From Glaucostegus cemiculus (taxonomy: Eukaryota): a stretch of 64,000 nt of DNA. Made by a program: the position numbers and the translations under genes. The notes beneath the pieces were generated by a model. It had not been told where the DNA came from. It saw nothing but the letters and a program-made list of their open reading frames with translations, and made no database searches. How positions within the stretch are numbered: the first letter of the stretch is position 1; each line of letters opens with the position of its first letter. Shown piece by piece: positions 63,481-64,000 of this stretch. The DNA is taken from the NCBI GenBank assembly GCA_976551045.1, contig CDPCPM010000323.1, forward strand, positions 6,014,001 through 6,078,000. Reading direction: 5' to 3'.

Positions 63481-64000
63481 AGGCTATGATAGTAAATGGA
63501 TAAATGTCAGCAGCTACACAAAATGACAGCACTAGATTGCAGAGCCAGGTAAAGCATGTTAGTAGGCTGGTCTTGAGTGCAAGCACAAAGTACGTTTTAA
63601 GTGCAGGTCTATCGACAGTTACGTGACAGGAAACACATGATCGATATGGTCAGTATGCTAGGCTGAAGACTTCTGTTTGATGTGGATTTAATTCCTGTTG
63701 TTTCAGTTGTCGCCATTCATGTTTGCATACTTTCAAATAATATAGAAGTAGCATTGTTCCCTTTAGTGGGTAACGTAGGACAGGAAAGGGCTTAGTGACT
63801 GAAGTGGATAAGACAGGCAGACCAGGATATTCCCAGGTACAACTCTTTTAGCTGAATCCAGATAAAACGTCAATTACAGTGTTATGATTGCTCTCATTAC
63901 GTTTAGTGGTAGAAAGGGGAAAACATCCAACATTCTTGCTCCTAATAGCTATCCAGCTAATTATAAATAAACTCATTAAGCATACTTCACCATTAAATTC

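Noticed and set aside
1-64000. CRISPR array, operons or prokaryotic defence systems
   Set aside because: There are no regularly spaced repeat-spacer units and no gene-dense coding DNA. The repeat content is vertebrate.

Overview
This is AT-rich, CpG-depleted eukaryotic DNA, not prokaryotic. Its repeat families point to a cartilaginous fish, probably a ray or shark (inferred). I recognise no host protein-coding exon, so the window looks intronic or intergenic. A large part is retroelement debris: many CR1-clade LINE fragments, Rex1/Babar, L1, L2, a possible RTE, a decayed Gypsy gag/pro, several tRNA-derived SINE families (HE1-like V-SINEs, DeuSINE-like), and GIY-YIG Penelope-like elements (PLEs). 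It also has microsatellites and a 162-N gap. The most notable signal is a family of PLE terminal units carrying a minimal type I hammerhead ribozyme. Several occur as stand-alone 105-135 bp inserts with target-site duplications (TSDs). Their 5' ends fall at the ribozyme edge or near its cleavage site, two carry fold-back inversions, and several share a CUGAUG-C-A core variant. Other points are a three-layer nested insertion with intact TSDs, SINEs with swapped LINE tails, TE-free enhancer-like blocks and a few speculative exons. Family names come from recalled motifs, not database searches, and boundaries of old repeats are approximate.
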